This document shows positions 36,320-44,815 of a stretch of 52,560 nucleotides of DNA, piece after piece. The translations under genes were made by a program, and so were the position numbers. Each line of letters opens with the position of its first letter. Position 1 is the stretch's first letter. The stretch comes from Candidatus Moraniibacteriota bacterium (lineage in GTDB: Bacteria; Patescibacteriota; Minisyncoccia; Moranbacterales; UBA2206): positions 1 through 52,560 of the forward strand of contig JAUXSK010000009.1 in NCBI GenBank assembly GCA_030679995.1, given 5' to 3'. The notes beneath the pieces were generated by a model. It saw only the letters and a program-made list of their open reading frames with translations. It ran no database searches and had not been told where the DNA came from.

Positions 36320-37879
36320 ATGAAAACAATCGAAATAATCGCCCGGTTTCCCAATTTGAAATTATCAAAGAATGCTGGCGGCATCATCGAAGCTTCCGCT
36401 GATCGCGATGATATCGCCGCCATCGCCACCGCGCTTGTGCAGGATCACAAGTTGCCATTGTCGCTGATGTTCGGAACCGATGACCGGGAAGAAAAAAAAT
36501 CCTTCGGCGTGCATACGGTTTTTTCCAATGATGCGGAACATGAGCGATTGGTCGTTTCGATCGAAGTGCCGGAGCAGGACGCGCAATATCCTTCGATTAC
36601 CGCTACGGTTATGGCGGCGCATTGGTATGAAAGATATCTGCGCGATATGTTCGGTATCGAACCGAAAGGCCATCCTGATTTGCGAAGGCTGGTACATCAT
36701 GAAAATGTTCCGGAGAATATATTCCCTTTGCGCAAAGATTTTGCCTGGAACGCGAAAATGGAATATGCGAATGTCGCGTATCCGATGCATCATGTCGCGG
36801 GAGAGGGGATATATGAAATCCCAGTCGGGCCGATCCATGCCGGCATTATCGAGCCTGGCCATTTCCGCTTCAATGTGGCCGGGGAGCGGATAATCACTTT
36901 GGAGGGGAAGCTGTTTTTTACGCATAAGGGGGTGGAGAAAATACTGGAAGGCAAAACCGTGGTTGAGGCGCTGCCTTTTATCGAACGGATTTCCGGCGAT
37001 ATGTCGTCCGCGCATGCCTTGGCGTTCGCCCAGTCGATCGAGGTTATTTCCGGATGTGAAATTCCGAGGCGGGCGAAAATGTTACGGACTTTGCTGCTTG
37101 AGTTGGAAAGAATGACGATGCATGTGCATGATTTGGGGAATATCGGCGGGATGGGGACGGGTTATAGTTTCATAGCGGCTAATTGTTTCAGGATCAAGGA
37201 ACGTCTGATGCGGCTCTCTGAAAAAATGACGGGAAACCGTTTTTGGCGGGGCGTAATCGTTCCAGGAGGGGTAGATAAGGACTTTGCTGCGGATGAATTG
37301 ATACACACCTGGTCGGTAGTAAAAAACGCCTATCAGGAAACGATGGAAATTATAAATACGGCTCTGGGGTCGGAAGGTTTTTTGGAACGTCTGCAAACGA
37401 CAGGCGTCTTGCCCAAGGAAGCGGCGGAGGCTTTCGGCGCGGTCGGCGTCGCAGCGCGCGCATCCGGAATTGATCGGGATGCGCGGCGGGATTATCCGTA
37501 CGCGGCTTATGCCGAATTCCCGGTGCCAGTCGTTATTGAATCGACGGGCGATGTGTATGCCAGATACAAAGTTCGAATCGAGGAATTAAAACAGTCTGTC
37601 GCTTTGGTTGAAAAGATAATTTCAAACTTGGAAGAAGGGGCGATTATGGTTGGATATGCGGTCAAAGACGGTTTTGGGCTGGGCTCGGTAGAATCATGGC
37701 GGGGAGAAATCTTATGCGCGGTCAGAATCAAAGATGGAAAGATAGACAGATGCTTCCCGCGTGATCCGTCTTTTTGCAATTGGGCGCTGTTCGGCATAAT
37801 CGGACCGGGCAATATCGTGCCGGATTTCCCGCTTTGCAATAAGTCGCTCAATCTGAGTTATTCAGGAACTGATCTGTAA
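36320..37879 (+). CDS. HycE/HyfG-like large subunit (NuoC-NuoD fusion) lacking Ni-Fe cysteines
   Basis: The NuoC-like part has HWYERYLRDMFGIEPKGHPDLRRL. The NuoD/large-subunit part has GPIHAGIIEPGHFRF...THKGVEK. The L1 and L2 Cys motifs are replaced (see findings). Confidence 0.85.
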   Translation: MKTIEIIARFPNLKLSKNAGGIIEASADRDDIAAIATALVQDHKLPLSLMFGTDDREEKKSFGVHTVFSNDAEHERLVVSIEVPEQDAQYPSITATVMAAHWYERYLRDMFGIEPKGHPDLRRLVHHENVPENIFPLRKDFAWNAKMEYANVAYPMHHVAGEGIYEIPVGPIHAGIIEPGHFRFNVAGERIITLEGKLFFTHKGVEKILEGKTVVEALPFIERISGDMSSAHALAFAQSIEVISGCEIPRRAKMLRTLLLELERMTMHVHDLGNIGGMGTGYSFIAANCFRIKERLMRLSEKMTGNRFWRGVIVPGGVDKDFAADELIHTWSVVKNAYQETMEIINTALGSEGFLERLQTTGVLPKEAAEAFGAVGVAARASGIDRDARRDYPYAAYAEFPVPVVIESTGDVYARYKVRIEELKQSVALVEKIISNLEEGAIMVGYAVKDGFGLGSVESWRGEILCAVRIKDGKIDRCFPRDPSFCNWALFGIIGPGNIVPDFPLCNKSLNLSYSGTDL

Positions 37880-37969
37880 ATTTTTGTAAAGATATTAGAT
37901 TTTTTGATAGTATTATACTTTTAACAGCTATTTTTTTATCCAATTTCATTATTTTCTGGAGGTGTACGC

Positions 37970-38523
37970 ATGTTTAATGCGGTTTTAACGTTAGAGGAAT
38001 ACAGATTGAAAAGCCGATTAAAAAAATAGGTATCCTCCGCAGGTTTAAAAACGGAGAGCTTAAGGGCTTAACCAATAATGGCGGCGTGGCTATCGTGTGT
38101 GGAGACGGTGATATCGATGTTATGGTCCATCATATGCGGGAAATAAGCCACCGTCCGCATTGTAAGTCTGATTTTGGCGGAGTATTACAACTCATTCAGA
38201 GTTTCAGGGGTTTTGATTGGTGATATGCCGCTTGTATGGCAGAAAATATAAAATTCGGTTTTTTCGCAAAGCGAACCAAAACCGTTTTTGCTTATTTTCA
38301 CTATCCTTGCGGAGCTGCTATCCATTATAAACATTCCTTCACGGATATCCTAAAAATAATGGCAGATTCTCCGGAAGTTCTTAAATTGTTGTACAATTTC
38401 GAGAAAATCTACGTCTTTTTATATGTAAGGCGTCTCAATAAAAATAATGAGGAAAGGCAGAATACATATCTTGTAGAAGCGGATATGTTGAAAAAAATCA
38501 TTCAAGACGGAAGATCGGGCTAG
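37970..38523 (+). pseudogene. Disrupted ORF: 19-codon ORF, then a -1 frame segment, then an in-frame TGA, then a 95-aa ORF. Product unknown.
   Basis: SD ggaggtg lies before the ATG at 37970, and this ORF stops at 38027-38029, directly after a run of 7 A. The -1 frame is open from 37978 to the TGA at 38221-38223. ORF 38236-38523 lies in that same frame. Confidence 0.3.
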
Positions 38524-38535
38524 ATTTAAGTGTAA

Positions 38536-38568
38536 AAAGGGAACTCATCGAGTTCCCTTTATTTTTTT
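38536..38568 (+). terminator. Intrinsic terminator
   Basis: Perfect stem aaagggaactc / gagttcccttt with loop atc, followed by attttttt. Confidence 0.85.
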
Positions 38569-38628
38569 AAGAAAAAGGCTATTTTGTGTGGTATAATAGA
38601 TGCAAAGCGTAATAACTAAAAAAACAAA

Positions 38629-39579
38629 ATGGAAAAGATGAAAAAAATAATCGTCGGCGCAGCTATTTTTATAGTCCTCCTGGCCGTGGTCGTAACGGTC
38701 TTGGGCGTAGCTAGGAAAAATACGCCGGGCGCAAATGATATGATGTGGAATGGAGCCGGGATGCTAGATGGCGGTTTTTCTTCCCCTTCAAGCGGTTCTG
38801 TGGCACCGATGCAAAAGGCGTTGCCTGAATCGGCTGGCATAAGATCGTCAGAACAGATGATGCTTGGCGCTGTTTCAGACAGTAGTTTGCCGGTGAATGA
38901 CAGAAAAGTCGTCAAGACAGGCGATTTGAATCTGAAAGTGGATGACGCTGACAGTGCGGCGGAAAAAATCACGCAAATCGCGAAAGGTAATGGCGGTGAT
39001 GTCCAGAACTCCAATTTTTATCAGAACGCTAAAAATATCAAAAGTGGAACGATAACGGTGAAAGTGCCGGTGGATAATTTTGAAAAGTCCTTTAATGAAA
39101 TCAAGGACATCGCGACATTGGTGGTACGCGAATCAGTTTCCGGACAGGATGTGACGGAGGAATATAGCGACCTGCAGGCGCAACTTAAAAACAAGCAAGC
39201 TGAAGAACAATCATTTTTAAAGATCCTGGATATGTCCGGTAAAATCAGCGATATTCTGGATGTGACCCGGGAACTTTCCAGGGTCAGGGGTGAAATCGAG
39301 ATGTTGCAGGGCCGCCTGAAATTTATGGACTCGCAAACGGATATGTCGTCCATAACTGCCAGTCTGACCGAGGATGCGGAAATAACCTTTTCGGATACTT
39401 GGCGTCCTTGGCAAGTGGTCAAGGAAACTTTCAACGCACTGTTCAAAGATATGCAGGGATTGATAAATTTCGCTATCGTCTTGGTCATTCGCATCATACC
39501 GGTCTTGGTCTTGTATGCGCTGGTTTTCATCTTGTTGTTTTTGGCTGGCCGGAAAATATACTCTAAAATAAAAAAATAA
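38629..39579 (+). CDS. DUF4349 domain-containing membrane protein
   Basis: N-terminal TM helix, then KVVKTGDLNLKVDDADSAAEKI..., a coiled-coil region and a C-terminal TM pair. This is the typical DUF4349 layout. Confidence 0.75.
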   Translation: MEKMKKIIVGAAIFIVLLAVVVTVLGVARKNTPGANDMMWNGAGMLDGGFSSPSSGSVAPMQKALPESAGIRSSEQMMLGAVSDSSLPVNDRKVVKTGDLNLKVDDADSAAEKITQIAKGNGGDVQNSNFYQNAKNIKSGTITVKVPVDNFEKSFNEIKDIATLVVRESVSGQDVTEEYSDLQAQLKNKQAEEQSFLKILDMSGKISDILDVTRELSRVRGEIEMLQGRLKFMDSQTDMSSITASLTEDAEITFSDTWRPWQVVKETFNALFKDMQGLINFAIVLVIRIIPVLVLYALVFILLFLAGRKIYSKIKK

Positions 39580-39631
39580 AAAATATCTGATAATCTGGGC
39601 TAGGCATAGTTAAATTATTTAATCTAAAAAT

Positions 39632-40444
39632 ATGTCAGAAGAAAGATTTTATTCCCCGGATATAATAAAAAAAAATAAGAAGACGCGGGAGAGGGTCGAT
39701 AATCTTCGGAAATCGGACAGTATCGATGATGATTCCGTGTATGATTTGGCGAAAGCGGAGAATAAGTTCAGGGAGGAATATAAGCGGGATGGATTGCTGG
39801 AAGATTGTCTTGAAAAGTATGCCGATAAATTCACTACCCTTAATTTGGAAAAATTTGAAGCGCAAAAATCGAATTGGATCGACGGCTTGACCGGTCTTAG
39901 GAATAAAAAGGCGCTTTATGGGGAAATGCCATGTCTTCTGGGTTTGGCAAAGCGCAATAATCACGATTGCTCGGTCCTTATGATAGATATGGATTTTTTT
40001 AAGCGGGTTAATGATGAATATGGACATTTGGCCGGGGATCAGACGCTTAAAATAGTGGCGGATATCATCCGGAACTCAGTCCGGGAGTCGGATTTGTTAT
40101 ACCGTTTCGGCGGAGAGGAATTCGTAGTTGCGCTTTATGACACTGATAGTCGACTATCCCAAACGATTGCGGAAAAAATCAGGAAAAATGTTGAGAAATC
40201 CGGCATTGTCGTGCTCGATGATCAGGACAACCAGCAAGCGTTTAAAAAAACCGTAAGCATCGGTTGTGTCGGAACGGATCAACTTAAGACCTGGGAATCC
40301 ACTATGGAAGATAATATTGACGATATTTTGGAGGATTTGATCCAAAAAGCTGACATTTCTTTATACCGAGCTAAAAATACCGGCAGAAATAAGGCGGTCG
40401 TGTATGAACCCAATAATGATAAGATAATTTTTGAGAAAGTTTGA
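39632..40444 (+). CDS. GGDEF-domain diguanylate cyclase
   Basis: Contains DGLTGLRNKKAL, DMDFFKRVNDEYGHLAGDQ and RFGGEEFVV (active-site GGEEF). Confidence 0.88.
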   Translation: MSEERFYSPDIIKKNKKTRERVDNLRKSDSIDDDSVYDLAKAENKFREEYKRDGLLEDCLEKYADKFTTLNLEKFEAQKSNWIDGLTGLRNKKALYGEMPCLLGLAKRNNHDCSVLMIDMDFFKRVNDEYGHLAGDQTLKIVADIIRNSVRESDLLYRFGGEEFVVALYDTDSRLSQTIAEKIRKNVEKSGIVVLDDQDNQQAFKKTVSIGCVGTDQLKTWESTMEDNIDDILEDLIQKADISLYRAKNTGRNKAVVYEPNNDKIIFEKV

Positions 40445-40656
40445 TTTTTAGAAGATCGGCTGTGGAGCACCTAATGGTAGTGTCGTTTTGTCGACTTTAT
40501 TCTTATCAGTCTTTTTGGGCCATTGTTCGGCGCAGCAAGGCTTTTTTCAAAAAAAGAAATGGACGGCGAGCATACCAGGCTGGGATTTTCGGCTTTTTTG
40601 TTTTCTTGAAAAAAAAGCCAAAATAGGCTAAAGTAGGGTAATAAGGCAAAAAACAT

Positions 40657-43086
40657 ATGGAGCAATATGAACCAAAAGGAATAGAGGCTAAATGGCAGAA
40701 GTATTGGGAAAATAACCCGGAGCTTTATAGTGCTGATAATGCTTCAGATAAGCCAAAAAAGTATATCTTAGATATGTTTCCGTATCCTTCAGCGGCGGGT
40801 TTGCACGTCGGTCATGTGGAAAGCTATACCGCGACGGATATCGCTTCGCGTTATTGGCGGGCAAAGGGCTTCAATGTCCTGCATCCGCAGGGTTGGGACG
40901 CTTTCGGTCTGCCAGCGGAAAATTATGCGATTAAGACCGGAGTGCATCCGGATAAGGTGACCCATGAGAATATCAAAAACTTCACCCGGCAAATCAAATC
41001 GTTGGGAATGTCCTATGATTGGTCGCGCGAAATCGACACTTCCAGCCCGGAATATTATAAATGGACGCAGTGGTTTTTCCTGTTTTTGTATGAGAACGGT
41101 CTGGCCTATAAAAAGAAAGCCAAAGTGAATTGGTGCGATTCTTGCCAGACAGTCTTAGCCAATGAACAGGCGGAAGGTGGGATTTGCGAAAGATGCAAGA
41201 ATGCGGTGGTGCAGAAAGATTTGGAACAGTGGTTTTTCAAAATTACGGATTTTATCGAAAATAATAAGGATACGTCCGGTCTGTTGGATGGGTTGGATAA
41301 ATTGGATTGGCCGGAATCGATCAAGGCGGCGCAAAGGAATTGGATCGGGAAGTCATTCGGCGCGGAAGTGGATTTCGTTTTGGAAAATTCCACGGAAAAA
41401 ATCACGGTATATACCACGAGGATAGATACGATTTTCTCCGGAACATATATTATATTGGCCCCGGAGCATCGCTTGGTTGAAAAGATAACTACGGCGGAAA
41501 ACAAGGCCGCAGTCGAGGGATATGTCGAGGAAAGCAAGAAAAAAACCGAATTGGAAAGAACCGGATTGGAAAAAAACAAAGGCGGGGTTTTCACCGGCGC
41601 ATATGCCATAAATCCGGCGAACCAAGAAAAGATTCCGGTTTGGATTTCCGATTTCGTCCTGGCCAATTATGGAACGGGTGCGGTTTTTGCCGATGCGCAT
41701 GATGAGCGTGATTTCGCGATGGCTAAAAAATACGGCATTCCGTTGAAGGTTTCGATCCGTCCGCAAGATGAAGATGGGAATAAATGGGAAAAAATTAAAA
41801 ATTTGGAAGAATGCCATAGTGACGATGGAATTTTGGTCAATTCCGGACAGTTTGACGGCTTGACTTCGGCAGAGGCCAGGCCGAAAATTATCGAATGGAT
41901 AGCGGCAAAGGGTTTGGCGAGAAAAATGGTAAATTACCGTTTGCGCGATTGGCTGGTTTCAAGGCAACGCTATTGGGGCGCGCCGATCCCGATCATCTAT
42001 TGTGACAAGTGCGGTGAAGTGGCCGTACCGAAAGGGGATCTGCCGGTAGTTTTACCGACGGATGTCGATTTCAAGCCGACCGGCGAATCGCCGTTGGCCA
42101 ATTCGAAAACATTCCACGATGTGAAATGTCCGAAATGCGGCGGAAGCGCCAGGCGGGAATCGGACACGATGGACACATTCGTCTGTTCCAGTTGGTACTA
42201 TTTCCGTTATATCGACCATATGAACAATATGGAATTTGCCGCTCAGGAAAAAATCCAGAAATGGTTGCCAGTCGATTTGTATGTCGGCGGAGCGGAACAT
42301 GCCGTTTTGCATTTGCTCTACGCCAGATTTTTTACCAAAGCCTTGCACAATCTTGGCCATATCGGATTTGATGAACCGTTCTTGAAACTCAGGAACCAGG
42401 GTATGATTCTGGCGGAGGACGGACGCAAGATGTCAAAATCCTTGGGCAATGTGGTTAATCCGGATGATGCGGTGGCCGTGTTCGGAGCTGATAGTCTCCG
42501 GATATTTGAGATGTTTATGGGACCGCTTGAAGATGCCAAACCATGGAACACGCAAGGTATCGTGGGAGTGAAAAGGTTCCTGGAAAGGATTTGGCGGTTG
42601 CAAGAAAAAATTACCGATGAAGACGGCAAGAGTATCCGGTCTTTGGTGCAAAAGACGATCAAGAAAGTCGGCGATGATATCGAGATGATGAAATTCAATA
42701 CGGCTATTTCTGCTATGATGATTTTGGTCAATGAGGCGGAAAAAATAGGAATGACCCGGGAGAGTTATAGGCTGTTCGTGAAAATCCTTTCTCCGTTCGC
42801 TCCGCATATCGCGGAAGAGATTTGGGGAAAACTGGGCAATGCGGAAAGCGTTTTCGTTTCCGCTTGGCCTGACTACGACCCTGGGCTTATCAAGGACGAA
42901 GAAATAAACCTGGTGGTCCAGGTAAATGGTAAGATGCGCGATATGTTGAAAGTCGGCGCGGATATCGATCAAGACGGTGCCAAGGCTGTCGCGCTGGAAA
43001 GTGAAAAGATAAAAGCCTACGTCGCCGGCAAAGAAATTAGAAAAATAATTTTTGTGCCAGGCAAGCTTTTGAATATAGTTGTCTAA
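40657..43086 (+). CDS. leuS: Leucine--tRNA ligase
   Basis: 809 aa. Contains HVGHVESY (HIGH), KMSKSLGN and the bacterial-type CP1 editing domain. Confidence 0.96.
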   Translation: MEQYEPKGIEAKWQKYWENNPELYSADNASDKPKKYILDMFPYPSAAGLHVGHVESYTATDIASRYWRAKGFNVLHPQGWDAFGLPAENYAIKTGVHPDKVTHENIKNFTRQIKSLGMSYDWSREIDTSSPEYYKWTQWFFLFLYENGLAYKKKAKVNWCDSCQTVLANEQAEGGICERCKNAVVQKDLEQWFFKITDFIENNKDTSGLLDGLDKLDWPESIKAAQRNWIGKSFGAEVDFVLENSTEKITVYTTRIDTIFSGTYIILAPEHRLVEKITTAENKAAVEGYVEESKKKTELERTGLEKNKGGVFTGAYAINPANQEKIPVWISDFVLANYGTGAVFADAHDERDFAMAKKYGIPLKVSIRPQDEDGNKWEKIKNLEECHSDDGILVNSGQFDGLTSAEARPKIIEWIAAKGLARKMVNYRLRDWLVSRQRYWGAPIPIIYCDKCGEVAVPKGDLPVVLPTDVDFKPTGESPLANSKTFHDVKCPKCGGSARRESDTMDTFVCSSWYYFRYIDHMNNMEFAAQEKIQKWLPVDLYVGGAEHAVLHLLYARFFTKALHNLGHIGFDEPFLKLRNQGMILAEDGRKMSKSLGNVVNPDDAVAVFGADSLRIFEMFMGPLEDAKPWNTQGIVGVKRFLERIWRLQEKITDEDGKSIRSLVQKTIKKVGDDIEMMKFNTAISAMMILVNEAEKIGMTRESYRLFVKILSPFAPHIAEEIWGKLGNAESVFVSAWPDYDPGLIKDEEINLVVQVNGKMRDMLKVGADIDQDGAKAVALESEKIKAYVAGKEIRKIIFVPGKLLNIVV

Positions 43087-43103
43087 TCTTTAATTGCACC
43101 ATT

Positions 43104-43784
43104 ATGCAAGTAGTAATCTTAGCAGCGGGGCGGGGGAAGAGGATGGAGGATCTGACTAACGGTATTCCGAAGCCGATGTTGAAAATAAAAGGCAAACCGA
43201 TTTTGGAGCATAAGATAAATGCCTTGCCGAAGGAGATCAAGGAAATCGTTTTCGTGGTCGGTTATTACGGCGAATATATAATGAACCATTTCAAACGGTA
43301 TTTCAACGGACGCAAGGTCACGTATGTTTTTCAGACCGATTTGAATGGCACCGGCGGGGCCCTTTTTTTAGCCAGAAGCGTTTTGAAAGATAGGTTCTTG
43401 GTTATGATGGGTGATGATTTGTATCACAAGAAGGATATCAAAGCCTTGATAAAACATAATTTGGCTGTTTTGGGTCGGGAAGTGGAAGATGTGAGCAAGT
43501 TTGGGATTATTAAAACCAATCAGGACGGGCATATGGTGGAAATCGTGGAAAAACCGAAACGGTCGAAAGATAAGTTGGCGAATACGGGCGTATATGTCAT
43601 CAGTAAGGAAATATTCAACTATGATCTGGTTCCGATCGGCGGAGGAGAATTCGGCTTGCCGCAGACCCTGGCCAAAATGGCTAAGGACCATGCGGTCAAG
43701 GTTGAGAAAGCGACAATCTGGCATGCCATCGGCAATCCGGGTGATTTGGCCGAAGCCGAGAAGGTTATCCATAAATTCGTTTAA
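43104..43784 (+). CDS. Sugar-1-phosphate nucleotidylyltransferase (NTP_transferase family)
   Basis: VVILAAGRGKRM signature, 226 aa, with no left-handed beta-helix acetyltransferase domain. Confidence 0.8.
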   Translation: MQVVILAAGRGKRMEDLTNGIPKPMLKIKGKPILEHKINALPKEIKEIVFVVGYYGEYIMNHFKRYFNGRKVTYVFQTDLNGTGGALFLARSVLKDRFLVMMGDDLYHKKDIKALIKHNLAVLGREVEDVSKFGIIKTNQDGHMVEIVEKPKRSKDKLANTGVYVISKEIFNYDLVPIGGGEFGLPQTLAKMAKDHAVKVEKATIWHAIGNPGDLAEAEKVIHKFV

Positions 43785-43786
43785 TT

Positions 43787-44815
43787 ATGAAAAAGAAAAA
43801 AATCGTGACGATCGGCGGAGGTACCGGAAGTTTTATGTTGTTAGCGGGACTTAAAAAATATCAAGTCGATCTTTCGGCTATCGTTTCAATGGCTGATGAC
43901 GGCGGATCGACCGGCGTATTGCGGGATGAACTTGGGGTTTTGCCGCCGGGAGACGTGCGCCAATGCCTAGTGGCCCTGAGCGATTCGTCTGAGGCATTGC
44001 GTGGACTTTTGAGTTATCGTTTCGAGGATGGCGGTCTCAAGGGTCATAGTTTCGGCAATTTGTTTTTGTCGGCGCTGGAAAAAATAAACGGCAGTTTCGA
44101 GGTCGGAATTGAAGAGGCGATTAAAATATTGAATGTCAGGGGTAAGATTATCCCCGTGACCAATGACGATGCCCGGCTTTTTTTGAAATTGAAAAATGGC
44201 GATATTTTGAAAGGGGAAGATAATATAAACCGATCGGTGATAATCCGGAAAGAGGGCCTGGATAAATTATATTTCGAGCCGGCCGTAGCAGCCAGCCAAA
44301 AGGCGATCCAGCATATTCTGGAAGCCGATCTGATTTTGATCGGACCAGGAGGATTTTATACGAGCGTATTGCCGAACCTGTTGGCCGCAGGTATTTCAAA
44401 AGCGATCAAGGATTCAAAAGCGACTGTTATTTATAATTGCAATCTGACCAATAAAAACGGGCAGACTGACGGTTTCAGCTTGGATGACTACGCTAAGGAA
44501 ATAAACGCGCGCATCGGAGCGGAGAGGTTGGATTTTGTCACGTATAATTCCAAAAAACCCGATCGGAAACTTATTGAAAAATACCAAAACAGCCAGCAGC
44601 AATTGGTTGAATTCGATCCGGAAGAAATTAAAGACAGAAGTTATAAAGTTATCCGCGCGGATATTCTAAGCGATGAGATCGCGGAATATAGCAGTGCCGA
44701 TGTCGTAGCGTCCACTCGGGCGCTTATCCGTCATGACAGCAATAAATTGGCGAAGATAATTTTTCTTTTATCGGAAATCGAAGATTATAAAAGCATAATT
44801 AAGGATATAATTTGA
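43787..44815 (+). CDS. yvcK: YvcK/GlmR (CofD-like, UPF0052) family protein
   Basis: Contains IVTIGGGTGSFMLLAGLK and SMADDGGSTGVLRDELGVLPPGDVRQCL. Confidence 0.85.
   Translation: MKKKKIVTIGGGTGSFMLLAGLKKYQVDLSAIVSMADDGGSTGVLRDELGVLPPGDVRQCLVALSDSSEALRGLLSYRFEDGGLKGHSFGNLFLSALEKINGSFEVGIEEAIKILNVRGKIIPVTNDDARLFLKLKNGDILKGEDNINRSVIIRKEGLDKLYFEPAVAASQKAIQHILEADLILIGPGGFYTSVLPNLLAAGISKAIKDSKATVIYNCNLTNKNGQTDGFSLDDYAKEINARIGAERLDFVTYNSKKPDRKLIEKYQNSQQQLVEFDPEEIKDRSYKVIRADILSDEIAEYSSADVVASTRALIRHDSNKLAKIIFLLSEIEDYKSIIKDII

Noticed and set aside
30721-37879. Calling the cluster a functional group 4 [NiFe] hydrogenase or formate hydrogenlyase.
   Set aside because: The Ni-Fe cysteines of the large subunit and most cluster cysteines of the small subunit are absent. 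No ferredoxin-like subunit, formate dehydrogenase, hyp gene or hycI gene is visible in the window.
38221-38223. In-frame TGA read as selenocysteine, or as glycine under an alternative genetic code (code 25).
   Set aside because: TGA terminates several well-supported genes here (recO, the 90-aa membrane protein, the yvcK-like gene, the NRAMP-like gene). Long conserved ORFs are intact under the standard bacterial code. I saw no SECIS-like hairpin immediately downstream.
37978-38523. A beta-carbonic-anhydrase-like identity for the disrupted ORF, based on CGDGD and HYPCG.
   Set aside because: The spacing between the two motifs (~75 aa) and the missing Arg of CxDxR do not fit the family. No other support was found.
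40445-40656. A possible T-box or other riboswitch in the 212-nt leader of leuS.
   Set aside because: There is no GGUGGNACCGCG-like T-box sequence and no convincing terminator. Only a weak A/U-rich palindrome (ggctttttt...aaaaaagcc) was found.
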